Below are positions 1 through 8,930 of a stretch of DNA of 32,000 bases, one piece after another; the stretch's first letter is position 1, and every line of letters begins with the position of its first letter. The DNA comes from Cupriavidus necator (lineage in GTDB: Bacteria; Pseudomonadota; Gammaproteobacteria; Burkholderiales; Burkholderiaceae), in the NCBI RefSeq assembly GCF_016127575.1, contig NZ_CP066018.1, forward strand, positions 240,001 through 272,000, given 5' to 3'. The translations under genes were made by a program, and so were the position numbers. The notes beneath the pieces were generated by a model. It was not told the DNA's origin. It made no database searches and saw only the letters and a list, made by a program, of their open reading frames with translations.

Positions 1-1190
1 GTGGCCAGCGTGGCCAGCACGAAGGAGATGATGCCGATGGTGGCGATGTCGTTCACGCGGGGATCCGAAGGCAGTTCGCTGATGAAATAGATGTCGCGCG
101 GCAGGAACTGCACGTGCAGCAGCCGCTCGATGAAAGGCACGATCACGTCGATATTGGTGGCGATCAGCGTGCCGCCGGCCACGCCCAGGACGGTGCCGAT
201 AAAGCCGATGGCCACGCCCTGCACGATAAAGATCTTCATGATCGAGCCCGGCTGCGCGCCCATGGTGCGCAGGATGGCGATATCGGCCTGCTTGTCGGTG
301 ACGGTCATCACCAGGGTCGACACCAGATTGAACGCGGCCACCGCGATGATCAGCGTCAGGATGATGAACATCATGCGCTTCTCGGTCTGCACCGCGGCAA
401 ACCAGTTGCGGTTCTGCTTGGACCAGTCGCGCAGGTAGAGCTCGCCCGACATGGTGCCGGCCAGCTCGTTGGCCACCTGCGGCGCGCGCTGCATGTCCTG
501 CAGCTTCAGGCGCACGCCGGTGGGGCCGCTCAGGCGGAACAGGGTCTCGGCGTCATGCATGTTGACCAGCGCCAGCGCGCTGTCGAACTCGAAGTGCCCG
601 GACGAGAACACGCCCACCACGGTGAACTGCTTGAGCCGCGGCAGCACGCCCGCCGGCGTGATGGTGCCCTGCGGCGCCACCAGCGTGACCTTGTCGCCGA
701 CCTGCACGCCCATGGCGTTGGCCAGCTCGTTGCCCAGCGCGATGCCGAAGCCGCCTGGCTCCAGCGCCGTCATGCTGCCGGCCCGGAACTGGCTGCCGAT
801 GTCGGAGACCTTGGGCTCCTGCGACGGCTCCACGCCGCGCAGCAGCACGCCGCGCACGGCGTCGTCGCGGGTCAGCATGGCCTGGGCCGCGACATAGGGC
901 GCGGCGCCGGTCACTTCCTTGTTCTGCAAGGCCTCGGCCGCGGTCTTCTGCCAGTCCGGCAGCGCCGACGGGCCGATCACTTCGATATGCGCCAGCACCG
1001 ACAGCATGCGGTCGCGCACTTCCTTCTGGAAGCCGTTCATCACCGACAGCACCACGATCAGCGCGGCCACGCCAAGGGCGATCCCGAACATCGAGATCAT
1101 CGAGATGAACGAAATGAAGGTGTTGCGGCTGGCGCGCTTGCTTGCGCGGGTGTATCGCCAGCCGATCTGCCACTCGTAGGGAAAGTTCAA
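1..1190 (-). CDS. Lipoprotein-releasing ABC transporter permease, LolC/LolE family (C-terminal end runs off the left edge)
   Basis: It is not in the ORF track because it is edge-truncated. The start is TTG (rc of caa at 1188-1190), preceded by AGGA. The minus-frame translation LNFPYEWQIGWRYTRASKRASRNTFISFISMISMFGIALGVAALIVVLSVMNGFQKEVRDRML... matches the LolC/LolE N-terminal signature. The last in-window residues, ...RVNDIATIGIISFVLATLA, form the final TM helix. Third codon positions are GC-rich. Confidence 0.85.
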   Translation of the reverse strand, partial: MNFPYEWQIGWRYTRASKRASRNTFISFISMISMFGIALGVAALIVVLSVMNGFQKEVRDRMLSVLAHIEVIGPSALPDWQKTAAEALQNKEVTGAAPYVAAQAMLTRDDAVRGVLLRGVEPSQEPKVSDIGSQFRAGSMTALEPGGFGIALGNELANAMGVQVGDKVTLVAPQGTITPAGVLPRLKQFTVVGVFSSGHFEFDSALALVNMHDAETLFRLSGPTGVRLKLQDMQRAPQVANELAGTMSGELYLRDWSKQNRNWFAAVQTEKRMMFIILTLIIAVAAFNLVSTLVMTVTDKQADIAILRTMGAQPGSIMKIFIVQGVAIGFIGTVLGVAGGTLIATNIDVIVPFIERLLHVQFLPRDIYFISELPSDPRVNDIATIGIISFVLATLA

Positions 1191-1326
1191 GAGGATTCCT
1201 GTTGTTTCGGGAAAGCGCCGGTGCCCGGTGGAGGGGCGCCGGCGGCACGCATGCGGGCCATCGGGTGCGCCGCCTGCCTCTCGCAAGACTGGCGCCGGCC
1301 AGCCGGGAGTTTACAATCTCGCCACC

Positions 1327-2436
1327 ATGATGACGCACCTGACCCTGATTGTGCCCTTTTCCGTCCCGCCGGGCGCCGGCGACGACGGCCGGGACGATGT
1401 CGTCCCCGGCGCGCTGCTGCGGCAGTTGGAGCTGCCCGCGCTCGGAAAGTTGCTGACCCGGGCCGAGCCCGGCCCGCGCGAGCGGCATGACGACCCCTTC
1501 CTGCGCAGCCTGCCGCAGGAGCGCTGGCTGGCCGGCAAGGCGGGGTTGGACCCGGTCCGGGTGCCGCTGGCGCCCTATATGCGGCTGGCCGACAGTGGCG
1601 GCGCCGTCCCCGCCACCCCCGATGGCCAGTCCTGGACCTGCCTGCAGCCGGTGCACATCCACGCCGCGCGCGATCACCTGGTGCTGATGCCGCCCGCCCA
1701 GCTGGGCATCCGGCCGCAGGAAGCCGCGGCCCTGCGCGCCGCCATCGACGAACTGCTGCTGGAATCGGGCATCGCGCTGGAATCACCCTGCCCGCAGCGC
1801 TGGTACCTGCCCGAAGCCGTATTCGGCCCGCTGGAGGCGACCACGCCGCTGCGCGCGGCGGGCCGCAATATCGATATCTGGATGCAGGCCGGCAAACGCG
1901 CCCGCGACTGGCGCCGCCTGCAGAACGAGATCCAGATGACCTGGTACGACCACCGCGTCAACCAGGCCCGCGAGGCCGCCGGCGAGGCGCCGGTCAATTC
2001 GGTCTGGCTGTACGGCGGCGGCGCGCTGCAGCCGGTGCCGCGGCTGGCCGATACGGTGCTGAGCAACGATCCCTTCCTGAGCGGGCTGGCCCTGGCCGCG
2101 GGCAGCCGCGTGCTGCCGGTGCCGGCCGGCCTGGCTGGCGCCAGCGCGGTGCAGGGCACGGTGCTGGCCATGCTCGACAGCGCCACCGAAGCGCATATCG
2201 CCGAAGACTGGGGCCTGTGGCTGGACTGCATGCATGCGCTGGATGCCGACTGGTTCGCGCCGGCACTGGAAGCACTGGTGGCCGGCCAGGTCGGCGCCAT
2301 CACGCTGGTGCTGGCCGGCGAGAATCACTTTGCCGAGTTCACCGTGCGCCGTGCCGACCTGCGCAAGTTCTGGCGCGGAATGGGCCAGCGCGGCGACTGG
2401 CGCGCACTGCTGTCCGACCTCGCCTATGCCGCATAA
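1327..2436 (+). CDS. Conserved hypothetical protein, probably RpfE-type / COG4255-like (function unknown)
   Basis: I used the frame of track ORF 1228..2436 but chose the ATG-ATG at 1327/1330 (MMTHLTLIVPF...), because the upstream 33 codons are Arg/Gly/Pro-rich junk starting at a GTG. Codon bias is good. It sits immediately upstream of recJ, the position rpfE occupies next to recJ in Xanthomonas (from memory). No catalytic motif was recognised. Confidence 0.8.
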   Translation: MMTHLTLIVPFSVPPGAGDDGRDDVVPGALLRQLELPALGKLLTRAEPGPRERHDDPFLRSLPQERWLAGKAGLDPVRVPLAPYMRLADSGGAVPATPDGQSWTCLQPVHIHAARDHLVLMPPAQLGIRPQEAAALRAAIDELLLESGIALESPCPQRWYLPEAVFGPLEATTPLRAAGRNIDIWMQAGKRARDWRRLQNEIQMTWYDHRVNQAREAAGEAPVNSVWLYGGGALQPVPRLADTVLSNDPFLSGLALAAGSRVLPVPAGLAGASAVQGTVLAMLDSATEAHIAEDWGLWLDCMHALDADWFAPALEALVAGQVGAITLVLAGENHFAEFTVRRADLRKFWRGMGQRGDWRALLSDLAYAA

Positions 2437-2487
2437 AGCCGCCTGACACGCGCCGCCCCTACTGAAACATCACCTGCCGCCCCGCCC

Positions 2488-4185
2488 ATGACCCGGATCG
2501 CCATCCGCCAATACTCTCCCGAACACGCCAGCTCGCTGGCGGCCGCCGGCCTGCACCCCACGCTGGCGCGCATCCTGGCCGCGCGCGGCGTGGCGCGCGC
2601 GGCCGAGCTGGCCACCGACCTGCCCGAACTGGTGCCGCCCGCGGCCATGAAGGGCATCGGCCACGCCGCAGCCTACCTGGCCGACGCCATCGCCGCCGGC
2701 AAGCGCCTGCTGATCGTGGCCGACTATGACTGCGACGGCGCCACCGCCTGCGCGGTGGGCGTGCGCGGGCTGCGCATGCTGGGCGCGCGGGTGGAATACA
2801 TCGTGCCGAACCGCTTCGAGTACGGCTACGGCCTGACCCCGGAGATCGTGGCGCTGGCGGCCAGGCAGCAGCCGGACGTGATCGTCACGGTCGACAACGG
2901 CATCGCCAGCGTCGACGGGGTGGCTGCGGCCAATGCGCTGGGCATCGACGTGGTGGTGACCGACCACCACCTGCCGGGGTCGGAGCTGCCGCAGGCCGCG
3001 GTGATCGTCAACCCGAACCAGCCGGGCTGCGAATTCCCCAGCAAGAACCTGGCGGGCGTGGGCGTGATGTTCTACGTGCTGCTGGCGCTGCGCGCCGAAC
3101 TGCGCCAGCGCGGCGTCTATACCCAGGCCACGCAGCCGCCGCTGCAGACGCTGCTGGACCTGGTGGCGCTGGGCACGGTGGCCGACGTGGTCAAGCTGGA
3201 TACCAACAACCGCATCCTGGTGGCACAGGGCCTGCGCCGCATGCGCGCAGGACGGATGCAGCCGGGCGTGGCGGCGCTGTTCCGCGCCGCCGGGCGCGAG
3301 GCGGCGCGCGCCAATACCTTCGACCTGGGTTTCGGGCTGGGTCCGCGCCTGAACGCGGCCGGCCGGCTGGCGGACATGTCGCTGGGCATTGAATGCCTGC
3401 TGACGGAAGATGCCAACCGCGCATGGGAGATCGCGCAGGAGCTGGACAGCATGAACCGCGAGCGGCGCGACATCGAGGCCGGCATGCAGCAGGAGGCGCT
3501 GCAGATCCTGGAGCAGCCGCTGGCCGGCCCGGACCCCTCAGCGCGCTTCACCGTCAGCGTGTTCAACGACACCTGGCACCAGGGCGTGATCGGCATCGTG
3601 GCGTCGCGTCTGAAAGACAAGTTCCACCGCCCCACCATCACCTTCGCCCCGGGCGACGAGACCACCGTCAAGGGCTCGGGCCGCTCGATCCCCGGCTTCC
3701 ACCTGCGCGATGCGCTTGACCTGGTGTCCAAGCGCCATCCCGGCATGCTGCTCAAGTTCGGCGGCCACGCCATGGCGGCCGGGCTGACCGTGCGCGCCGA
3801 GCGTTTTGCCGAGTTCCAGGAGGCCTTCGAGGCGGTCGGCCGCGAATGGCTGACCGACGACCAGCTGGCGCGCGTGATCGAGACCGATGGCGATATCGAG
3901 GACCAGTGCTTCAGCCCGGAATTCGTCACCCTGCTGGAGCAGCAGGTATGGGGCCAGGGCTTCCCAGCGCCGACCTTCTGCGGCGAGTTCGACGTGCTGC
4001 GCCAGAGCGTGCTCAAGGGCAAGCACCTGAAGCTGCAGCTCGGGCGCGGCAGCCAGCGCCTCGACGCGATCTGGTTCAACCATGCCGACTCGCTCGGCGC
4101 CAGCGCACAGGTGGCCTACCGGCTCGACAACAACACCTTCAACGGCGTCACCCGCGTGCAGCTGGTGATCGAACACGCGCAGTAG
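2488..4185 (+). CDS. recJ: Single-stranded-DNA-specific exonuclease RecJ
   Basis: The 565-aa ORF carries DHH-family motifs (LLIVADYDCDGATA, VTVDNG, VVVTDHH), a DHHA1 region (GGHAMAAG) and a RecJ OB-fold C-terminus. The length is typical of RecJ. Confidence 0.96.
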   Translation: MTRIAIRQYSPEHASSLAAAGLHPTLARILAARGVARAAELATDLPELVPPAAMKGIGHAAAYLADAIAAGKRLLIVADYDCDGATACAVGVRGLRMLGARVEYIVPNRFEYGYGLTPEIVALAARQQPDVIVTVDNGIASVDGVAAANALGIDVVVTDHHLPGSELPQAAVIVNPNQPGCEFPSKNLAGVGVMFYVLLALRAELRQRGVYTQATQPPLQTLLDLVALGTVADVVKLDTNNRILVAQGLRRMRAGRMQPGVAALFRAAGREAARANTFDLGFGLGPRLNAAGRLADMSLGIECLLTEDANRAWEIAQELDSMNRERRDIEAGMQQEALQILEQPLAGPDPSARFTVSVFNDTWHQGVIGIVASRLKDKFHRPTITFAPGDETTVKGSGRSIPGFHLRDALDLVSKRHPGMLLKFGGHAMAAGLTVRAERFAEFQEAFEAVGREWLTDDQLARVIETDGDIEDQCFSPEFVTLLEQQVWGQGFPAPTFCGEFDVLRQSVLKGKHLKLQLGRGSQRLDAIWFNHADSLGASAQVAYRLDNNTFNGVTRVQLVIEHAQ

Positions 4186-4210
4186 CGTGCTCCCGGGGGC
4201 TCCCCCCCGT

Positions 4211-4921
4211 TCAGCCCCGCGACGGCAGGTAGGCAGCGGGATCCACTGGCTTGCCGTTGCCGCGCACCTCGAAGTGCAGCTCGCTCGGGCTCGCGCCCAT
4301 GCGGCCCACGTCCTGCCCTGCCGAGACCTGGGCGCCTTCCGTGACCAGCGGCTGGTCCAGGTTGCCGTAGACGGTCAGCCAGTCGTCGCTGTGCTTGACG
4401 ATCACCAGCATGCCGTAGCCGCGCAGGTTGCCGACGTGGATGGCGCGCCCGGCGGCGGCGGCGCGCACCGCGCCGTTGGCCGGCACAGCGATGCTCAGGC
4501 CCTTGCTGGCCGGCGGCGCGAAGCCGGCGGTGACGCGCCCGTCGGCCGGCCATTGCAGGCGGATGCTGCTGGCGGGCGGCCGGGAGGCCGGGCCGCTGTC
4601 GACACGCGGGGTATCGGTCACGGCCTGGCCGGCCGAAGCACTGCCTGAGGCACCACCCGGCGGCCGCACGCGGATCAGCTGGCCCACCTCGATCTGGCTG
4701 GGGCTGGTGATGTCGCTGTTCCAGCGGGTCAGGTCGCGTACGCTGCGGCGGTGCTTGCGCGCGATCGAATACAGCGTGTCGCCGCGCTCGACGCGGTAGT
4801 AGCCGTCCGGCACGGGACCGCCCGTGGTGCCGCAGCCGGCCGCGACCGCGGCCGCGGCGGCCAGCAGCAGGCCCAGCGCGCGGCGCCGGCCTGGTTCGAT
4901 GTCATGTCTGGTTTGCGTCAT
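4211..4921 (-). CDS. LysM + degenerate LytM (M23) domain lipoprotein, NlpD-like amidase activator
   Basis: I used the frame of track ORF 4211..5017 and chose the ATG at 4921 (MTQTRHDIEPGRRRALGLLLAAAAAVAAGC), which gives a signal peptide with a lipobox Cys. A LysM domain is present (YYRVERGDTLYSIARKHRRSVRDLTRWN). The C-terminus aligns by eye with E. coli NlpD (NLRGYGMLVIVKHSDDWLTVYGNL...ELHFEVRGNGKPVDPAAYLP). Confidence 0.9.
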   Translation of the reverse strand: MTQTRHDIEPGRRRALGLLLAAAAAVAAGCGTTGGPVPDGYYRVERGDTLYSIARKHRRSVRDLTRWNSDITSPSQIEVGQLIRVRPPGGASGSASAGQAVTDTPRVDSGPASRPPASSIRLQWPADGRVTAGFAPPASKGLSIAVPANGAVRAAAAGRAIHVGNLRGYGMLVIVKHSDDWLTVYGNLDQPLVTEGAQVSAGQDVGRMGASPSELHFEVRGNGKPVDPAAYLPSRG

Positions 4922-5111
4922 TCGTCCCTGTTCTTTGTCGTGCCGGGGGCGGCTTGCGACCCGTATTATCGCCGCGTGCGACGCCCGGCACCGGCGGATA
5001 GACCGCGCCGCGGCCAATCCGTTCGGTCCGCGGCCCGCCGAGGCGGTCCGGAAGCCCCGGGTTGCCGCGCCGATCCGCTATAATTCGAGGTTTTCGAAGC
5101 GCAGGAACATC

Positions 5112-6216
5112 ATGGAAGCAGAACGCCTCAACGCCATCTCCGGTGCCATCTCCGATCTCCGTTCGCGAACGGAAGATCTACGGGGGTATCTTTGACTACG
5201 ATGTCAAAGTAGGAAGGCTGGACGAAGTCAACGGTTTGCTGGAAGACCCCGACGTCTGGAACAACCCCAAGCGGGCCCAGGACCTCGGCAAGGAAAAGAA
5301 GGCAATCGAGGGCGTGGTAAGCGTGCTCAGCAAGCTCACCGACGACCTCAGCGGCGCCGAAGAGCTGTTTGAGCTCGCCAGGGAAGAAGGCGACGACGAC
5401 ACCCTCGAAGCGATCGAGGCCGACGTCAAGGGCTTCGAGGAGATCGTCGCGGGCATGGAATTCCGCCGCATGTTCTCGGGCGAGATGGACCAGGCCAACG
5501 CCTTTATCGACATCCAGGCCGGCGCTGGCGGCACCGAAGCGTGCGACTGGGCCTCGATGCTGCTGCGCCAGTACCTGAAGTACTGCGAGCGCAAGGGCTT
5601 CAAGGCCGAGGTGCTGGAAGAGTCCGAAGGCGACGTGGCCGGCATCAAGAGCGCGACCATCAAGATCGAGGGCGAATACGCCTTCGGCTACCTGCGTACT
5701 GAAACCGGCGTGCACCGCCTGGTGCGCAAGTCGCCGTTCGATTCGTCGGGCGGGCGCCATACCTCGTTCTCGTCGGTGTTCGTCTACCCCGAGGTCGACG
5801 ATTCGTTCGAGGTCGAGGTCAACCCGGCGGACCTGCGCGTGGACACCTACCGCGCCTCGGGGGCGGGCGGCCAGCACATCAACAAGACCGATTCGGCCGT
5901 GCGGATCACGCACATCCCTACCGGAATCGTGGTGCAGTGCCAGAACGACCGCTCACAGCACCGCAACCGTGCCGAAGCCATGTCGATGCTGAAATCGCGC
6001 CTGTACGAGCACGAGATGCGCAAGCGCCAGGCCGAGGCCGACAAGCTCGAAGCCGGCAAGACCGACGTGGGCTGGGGCCACCAGATCCGCTCCTACGTGC
6101 TGGACCAGAGCCGCATCAAGGACCTGCGCACCAACGTGGAAATGTCCAACACCCAGAAGGTGCTGGACGGCGACCTGGACCCGTTCATCGAGGCCAGCCT
6201 CAAGCAGGGACTGTAA
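5112..6216 (+). CDS. prfB: Peptide chain release factor 2, expressed through a programmed +1 ribosomal frameshift (frame 0 covers 5112-5192, frame +1 covers 5194-6216)
   Basis: Frame 0 reads [27 protein letters not shown] and ends at an in-frame TGA (5193-5195). The +1 frame continues [29 protein letters not shown]... and contains SPF (RKSPFDS) and GGQ ([10 protein letters not shown]). This is colinear with E. coli RF2 and gives 367 aa in total. Confidence 0.97.
5182..5196 (+). other. prfB +1 frameshift cassette: internal SD-like GGGGG, a 3-nt spacer, and the slippery CTT TGA C
   Basis: The sequence cgGGGGG TAT CTT TGA C is identical to the E. coli prfB recoding site (AGG GGG TAT CTT TGA C). 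Confidence 0.95.
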
Positions 6217-6313
6217 GGCCGTACCGGGCCGCCCGCGGCGGCACAGCAACATCACCGCAATCGCTGGATCATCGCTGTACCGCCGCAGCTGCGGCCTTTC
6301 CGACCGGGGCACC

Positions 6314-7072
6314 ATGAGCGAAGCCAATCACCTCTACATCATCACCGGCGCCTCGCGCGGGCTGGGCGCGGCACTGACCAATGCCCTGCTCGTGCCGGGC
6401 AACCGACTGATCTGCGTGGCGCGCAGCCGCAACAGCGAGCTCGAGCGCATCGCCACCATGAGCGGCGTGCCGGTGGCCTGGCACCTGCAGGACCTGTCGC
6501 AGGCCGGCCCCGCCGCAACCTGGCTCGCCAGCGTGCTCGATACGCTCGACATCCCGCCGACCAGCGCCACGCTGATCCTGAACGCGGGCGTGGTCGAACC
6601 GATCGGCCCGGTCACGCGCCTGCAGGAGAAAACCCTGGTGCCGCACCTGCTGACCAACCTGGCGGCGCCGATGACGATGACCGCGGCGTTCCTGGAGCGC
6701 ACCGAGAAGTTCGACTGCCCGCGCAAGGTGCTGGCGATCTCCTCCGGCGCGGCGCGCCGCCCGGTCGAAGGCTGGAGCGCCTACTGCGCCGGCAAGGCCG
6801 GGCTGGACATGTTCATGCGCTCGGTCAACGCCGAGTACGCCCAGGCCGAAGCCCCGCGCACCGTGCGCGCCGTGGCGCTGGCCCCGGGCGTGATCGACAC
6901 CGGCATGCAGGCCACCATCCGCAATGCCGACTTCGCCCAGGTGCAGCGCTTCCGCGAGCTGAAAGCCAATGAACAGCTGGCGTCGGCCGAGGAAACCGCC
7001 GGCCGCATCGTCGCCTACCTGCACCGCCCGGATTTCGGCAGCACCGAGCTGGACGATCTCCGCAACTACTAA
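6314..7072 (+). CDS. Short-chain dehydrogenase/reductase (SDR) family oxidoreductase
   Basis: The 252-aa ORF has an N-terminal TGxxxGxG cofactor motif (IITGASRGLGAAL), a catalytic Ser...YxxxK (ISSGAA...YCAGKAG) and a PG motif (LAPGVIDTGM). Confidence 0.9.
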   Translation: MSEANHLYIITGASRGLGAALTNALLVPGNRLICVARSRNSELERIATMSGVPVAWHLQDLSQAGPAATWLASVLDTLDIPPTSATLILNAGVVEPIGPVTRLQEKTLVPHLLTNLAAPMTMTAAFLERTEKFDCPRKVLAISSGAARRPVEGWSAYCAGKAGLDMFMRSVNAEYAQAEAPRTVRAVALAPGVIDTGMQATIRNADFAQVQRFRELKANEQLASAEETAGRIVAYLHRPDFGSTELDDLRNY

Positions 7073-7135
7073 GCCGCACCCATCAAGCCATCTGAATCCG
7101 CGCGCGGCACGCCGCGCGCGATCCGACAAGACATC

Positions 7136-8680
7136 ATGACTGAACCGAACCGCGCCCAGGCCAAGCCAGCCGCCGCAGATACTCCCGCCGTCGACGAGAA
7201 CAAGATCATCGCGGAGCGGCGCGAGAAACTGGCCGCGCTGCGCCAGCAAGGCGTGCCCTTCCCCAACGATTTCCGCCCCACCCACCAGGCCGCCGCGCTG
7301 CAGGCGCAATACACCGAGACCGAGCAGGCCACGCTCGAGGCCGCGCCGGTCGAGGTCGCCATCGCCGGGCGCATGATGCTCAAGCGCGTGATGGGCAAGG
7401 CCAGCTTTGCCACGGTGCAGGACGGCAGCGGCCAGATCCAGTTCTACATCACCCGCGACAAGGTCGGCGAAGAGGTCTACGCGGCCTTCAAGCACTGGGA
7501 CCTGGGCGACATCATCAGCGCCCGCGGCGAACTGTTCCGCACCAACAAGGGCGAGCTGTCGGTGCAGGTGCGCGAGCTGCGCCTGCTGTCCAAGTCGCTG
7601 CGTCCGCTGCCGGACAAGTTCCACGGCCTGGCCGACCAGGAAATGAAGTACCGCCAGCGCTATGTCGACCTGATCGTGTCGCCGGAAACACGCAACACCT
7701 TCCGCGCCCGCACCAATGCGATCTCGTCGCTGCGCCGCCATATGGCCGATGCCGGCTTCATGGAAGTGGAAACGCCGATGCTGCACCCGATCCCGGGCGG
7801 CGCCGCGGCCAAGCCCTTCATCACGCACCACAATGCGCTGGACATGCAGATGTTCATGCGCATCGCGCCCGAGCTGTACCTGAAGCGCCTGATCGTCGGC
7901 GGCTTCGAGCGTGTGTTCGAGATCAACCGCAACTTCCGCAACGAAGGGGTGAGCCCGCGCCACAACCCCGAGTTCACCATGATGGAGTTCTACGCGGCCT
8001 ACACGGACTACCGCTGGCTGATGGACTTCACCGAGGACCTGATCCGCAAGGCCGCGATCGATGCGCGCGGCAGTGCCGTGCTGACCTACCAGGACCGCGA
8101 GCTGGACCTGTCCAAGCCGTTCCATCGGCTGACGATCTGCCAGGCGATCCAGAAGTTCGCACCGCAGTACACCGATGCGCAACTGGCCGATGCCGGGTTC
8201 CTGCGCACCGAGCTGAAGAAGTTCGGCGTCAACACCAACGCGCCGCAGTTCCTCAACGCCGGCCTGGGCACGCTGCAACTGGTGCTGTTCGAGGAAACCG
8301 CGGAAAACCAGCTGTGGGAGCCGACCTTCATCGTCGACTACCCGGTCGAGGTCTCGCCGCTGGCACGCGCCTCGGACACGGTGCCTGGCATCACCGAGCG
8401 CTTTGAACTGTTCATCACCGGCCGCGAGATCGCCAACGGCTTCTCGGAGCTGAACGATGCCGAGGACCAGGCCGACCGTTTCCGCAAGCAGGTCGAGCAG
8501 AAGGACGCCGGCGATGAAGAAGCCATGTACTTCGACGCCGACTACATCCGCGCGCTGGAATACGGCATGCCCCCGACGGGCGGCTGCGGCATCGGCATCG
8601 ACCGCCTGGTGATGCTGCTGACGGATAGCCCGAATATCCGCGACGTCATCCTGTTCCCGCACCTGCGCCGGGAAGACTGA
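7136..8680 (+). CDS. lysS: Lysine--tRNA ligase, class II
   Basis: The 514-aa ORF has an OB anticodon-binding domain ([23 protein letters not shown]) and class II motifs 1-3 (FMEVETPML; [20 protein letters not shown]; [14 protein letters not shown]). Confidence 0.97.
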   Translation: MTEPNRAQAKPAAADTPAVDENKIIAERREKLAALRQQGVPFPNDFRPTHQAAALQAQYTETEQATLEAAPVEVAIAGRMMLKRVMGKASFATVQDGSGQIQFYITRDKVGEEVYAAFKHWDLGDIISARGELFRTNKGELSVQVRELRLLSKSLRPLPDKFHGLADQEMKYRQRYVDLIVSPETRNTFRARTNAISSLRRHMADAGFMEVETPMLHPIPGGAAAKPFITHHNALDMQMFMRIAPELYLKRLIVGGFERVFEINRNFRNEGVSPRHNPEFTMMEFYAAYTDYRWLMDFTEDLIRKAAIDARGSAVLTYQDRELDLSKPFHRLTICQAIQKFAPQYTDAQLADAGFLRTELKKFGVNTNAPQFLNAGLGTLQLVLFEETAENQLWEPTFIVDYPVEVSPLARASDTVPGITERFELFITGREIANGFSELNDAEDQADRFRKQVEQKDAGDEEAMYFDADYIRALEYGMPPTGGCGIGIDRLVMLLTDSPNIRDVILFPHLRRED

Positions 8681-8701
8681 GCAAGCGCTTTGGCAAGATG
8701 A

Positions 8702-8728
8702 AGCCCCACCGAATCGGTGGGGCTTTTT
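8702..8728 (+). terminator. Rho-independent terminator downstream of lysS
   Basis: agccccaccg / cggtggggct forms a perfect 10-bp stem (8702-8711 and 8715-8724) and is followed by TTTT. Confidence 0.8.
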
Positions 8729-8930
8729 CCTTGGGGCGCCGCCAATGTCATGCCAAGCCGCCGAATGTTACAGCCTGGCCCCGTGATATGCGCCCCAACC
8801 AACCATAAGGCATTGATATAAAAGATATTTTCCGCCTACATATATTTACAAAAACAAACGGAAAACCCCACCCGCTTCGGCCACACTGGTTCCATCCCAA
8901 CGCGGCCTTCGCCGCACCGGAGCCATAGCA

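Noticed and set aside
91-1786. ORFs 114..1490 (+), 553..1677 (-) and 1187..1786 (-) over the lolC/E region
   Set aside because: They are out of frame or antisense to the LolC/E permease frame, which starts at a TTG and runs off the edge. Their products are Arg/Gly/Ala/His-rich junk.
5079-5084. A perfect TATAAT 28 nt upstream of the prfB ATG, and a GATAAT on the minus strand (4965-4970) upstream of the NlpD-like gene
   Set aside because: They are plausible -10 boxes for the divergent genes. However, I could not pair either with a convincing -35 at 16-18 nt (TTGCCG is only 11 nt away), so they are not listed as features.
6269-8662. A 797-aa ORF on the minus strand, the second-longest in the track
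   Set aside because: It is exactly antisense to lysS and the SDR gene. The product is Arg/Ala/Gly/His/Asp/Gln-rich with no recognisable motif. This is a typical stop-free shadow frame of high-GC coding DNA. The plus-strand genes are full-length matches to well-known families.
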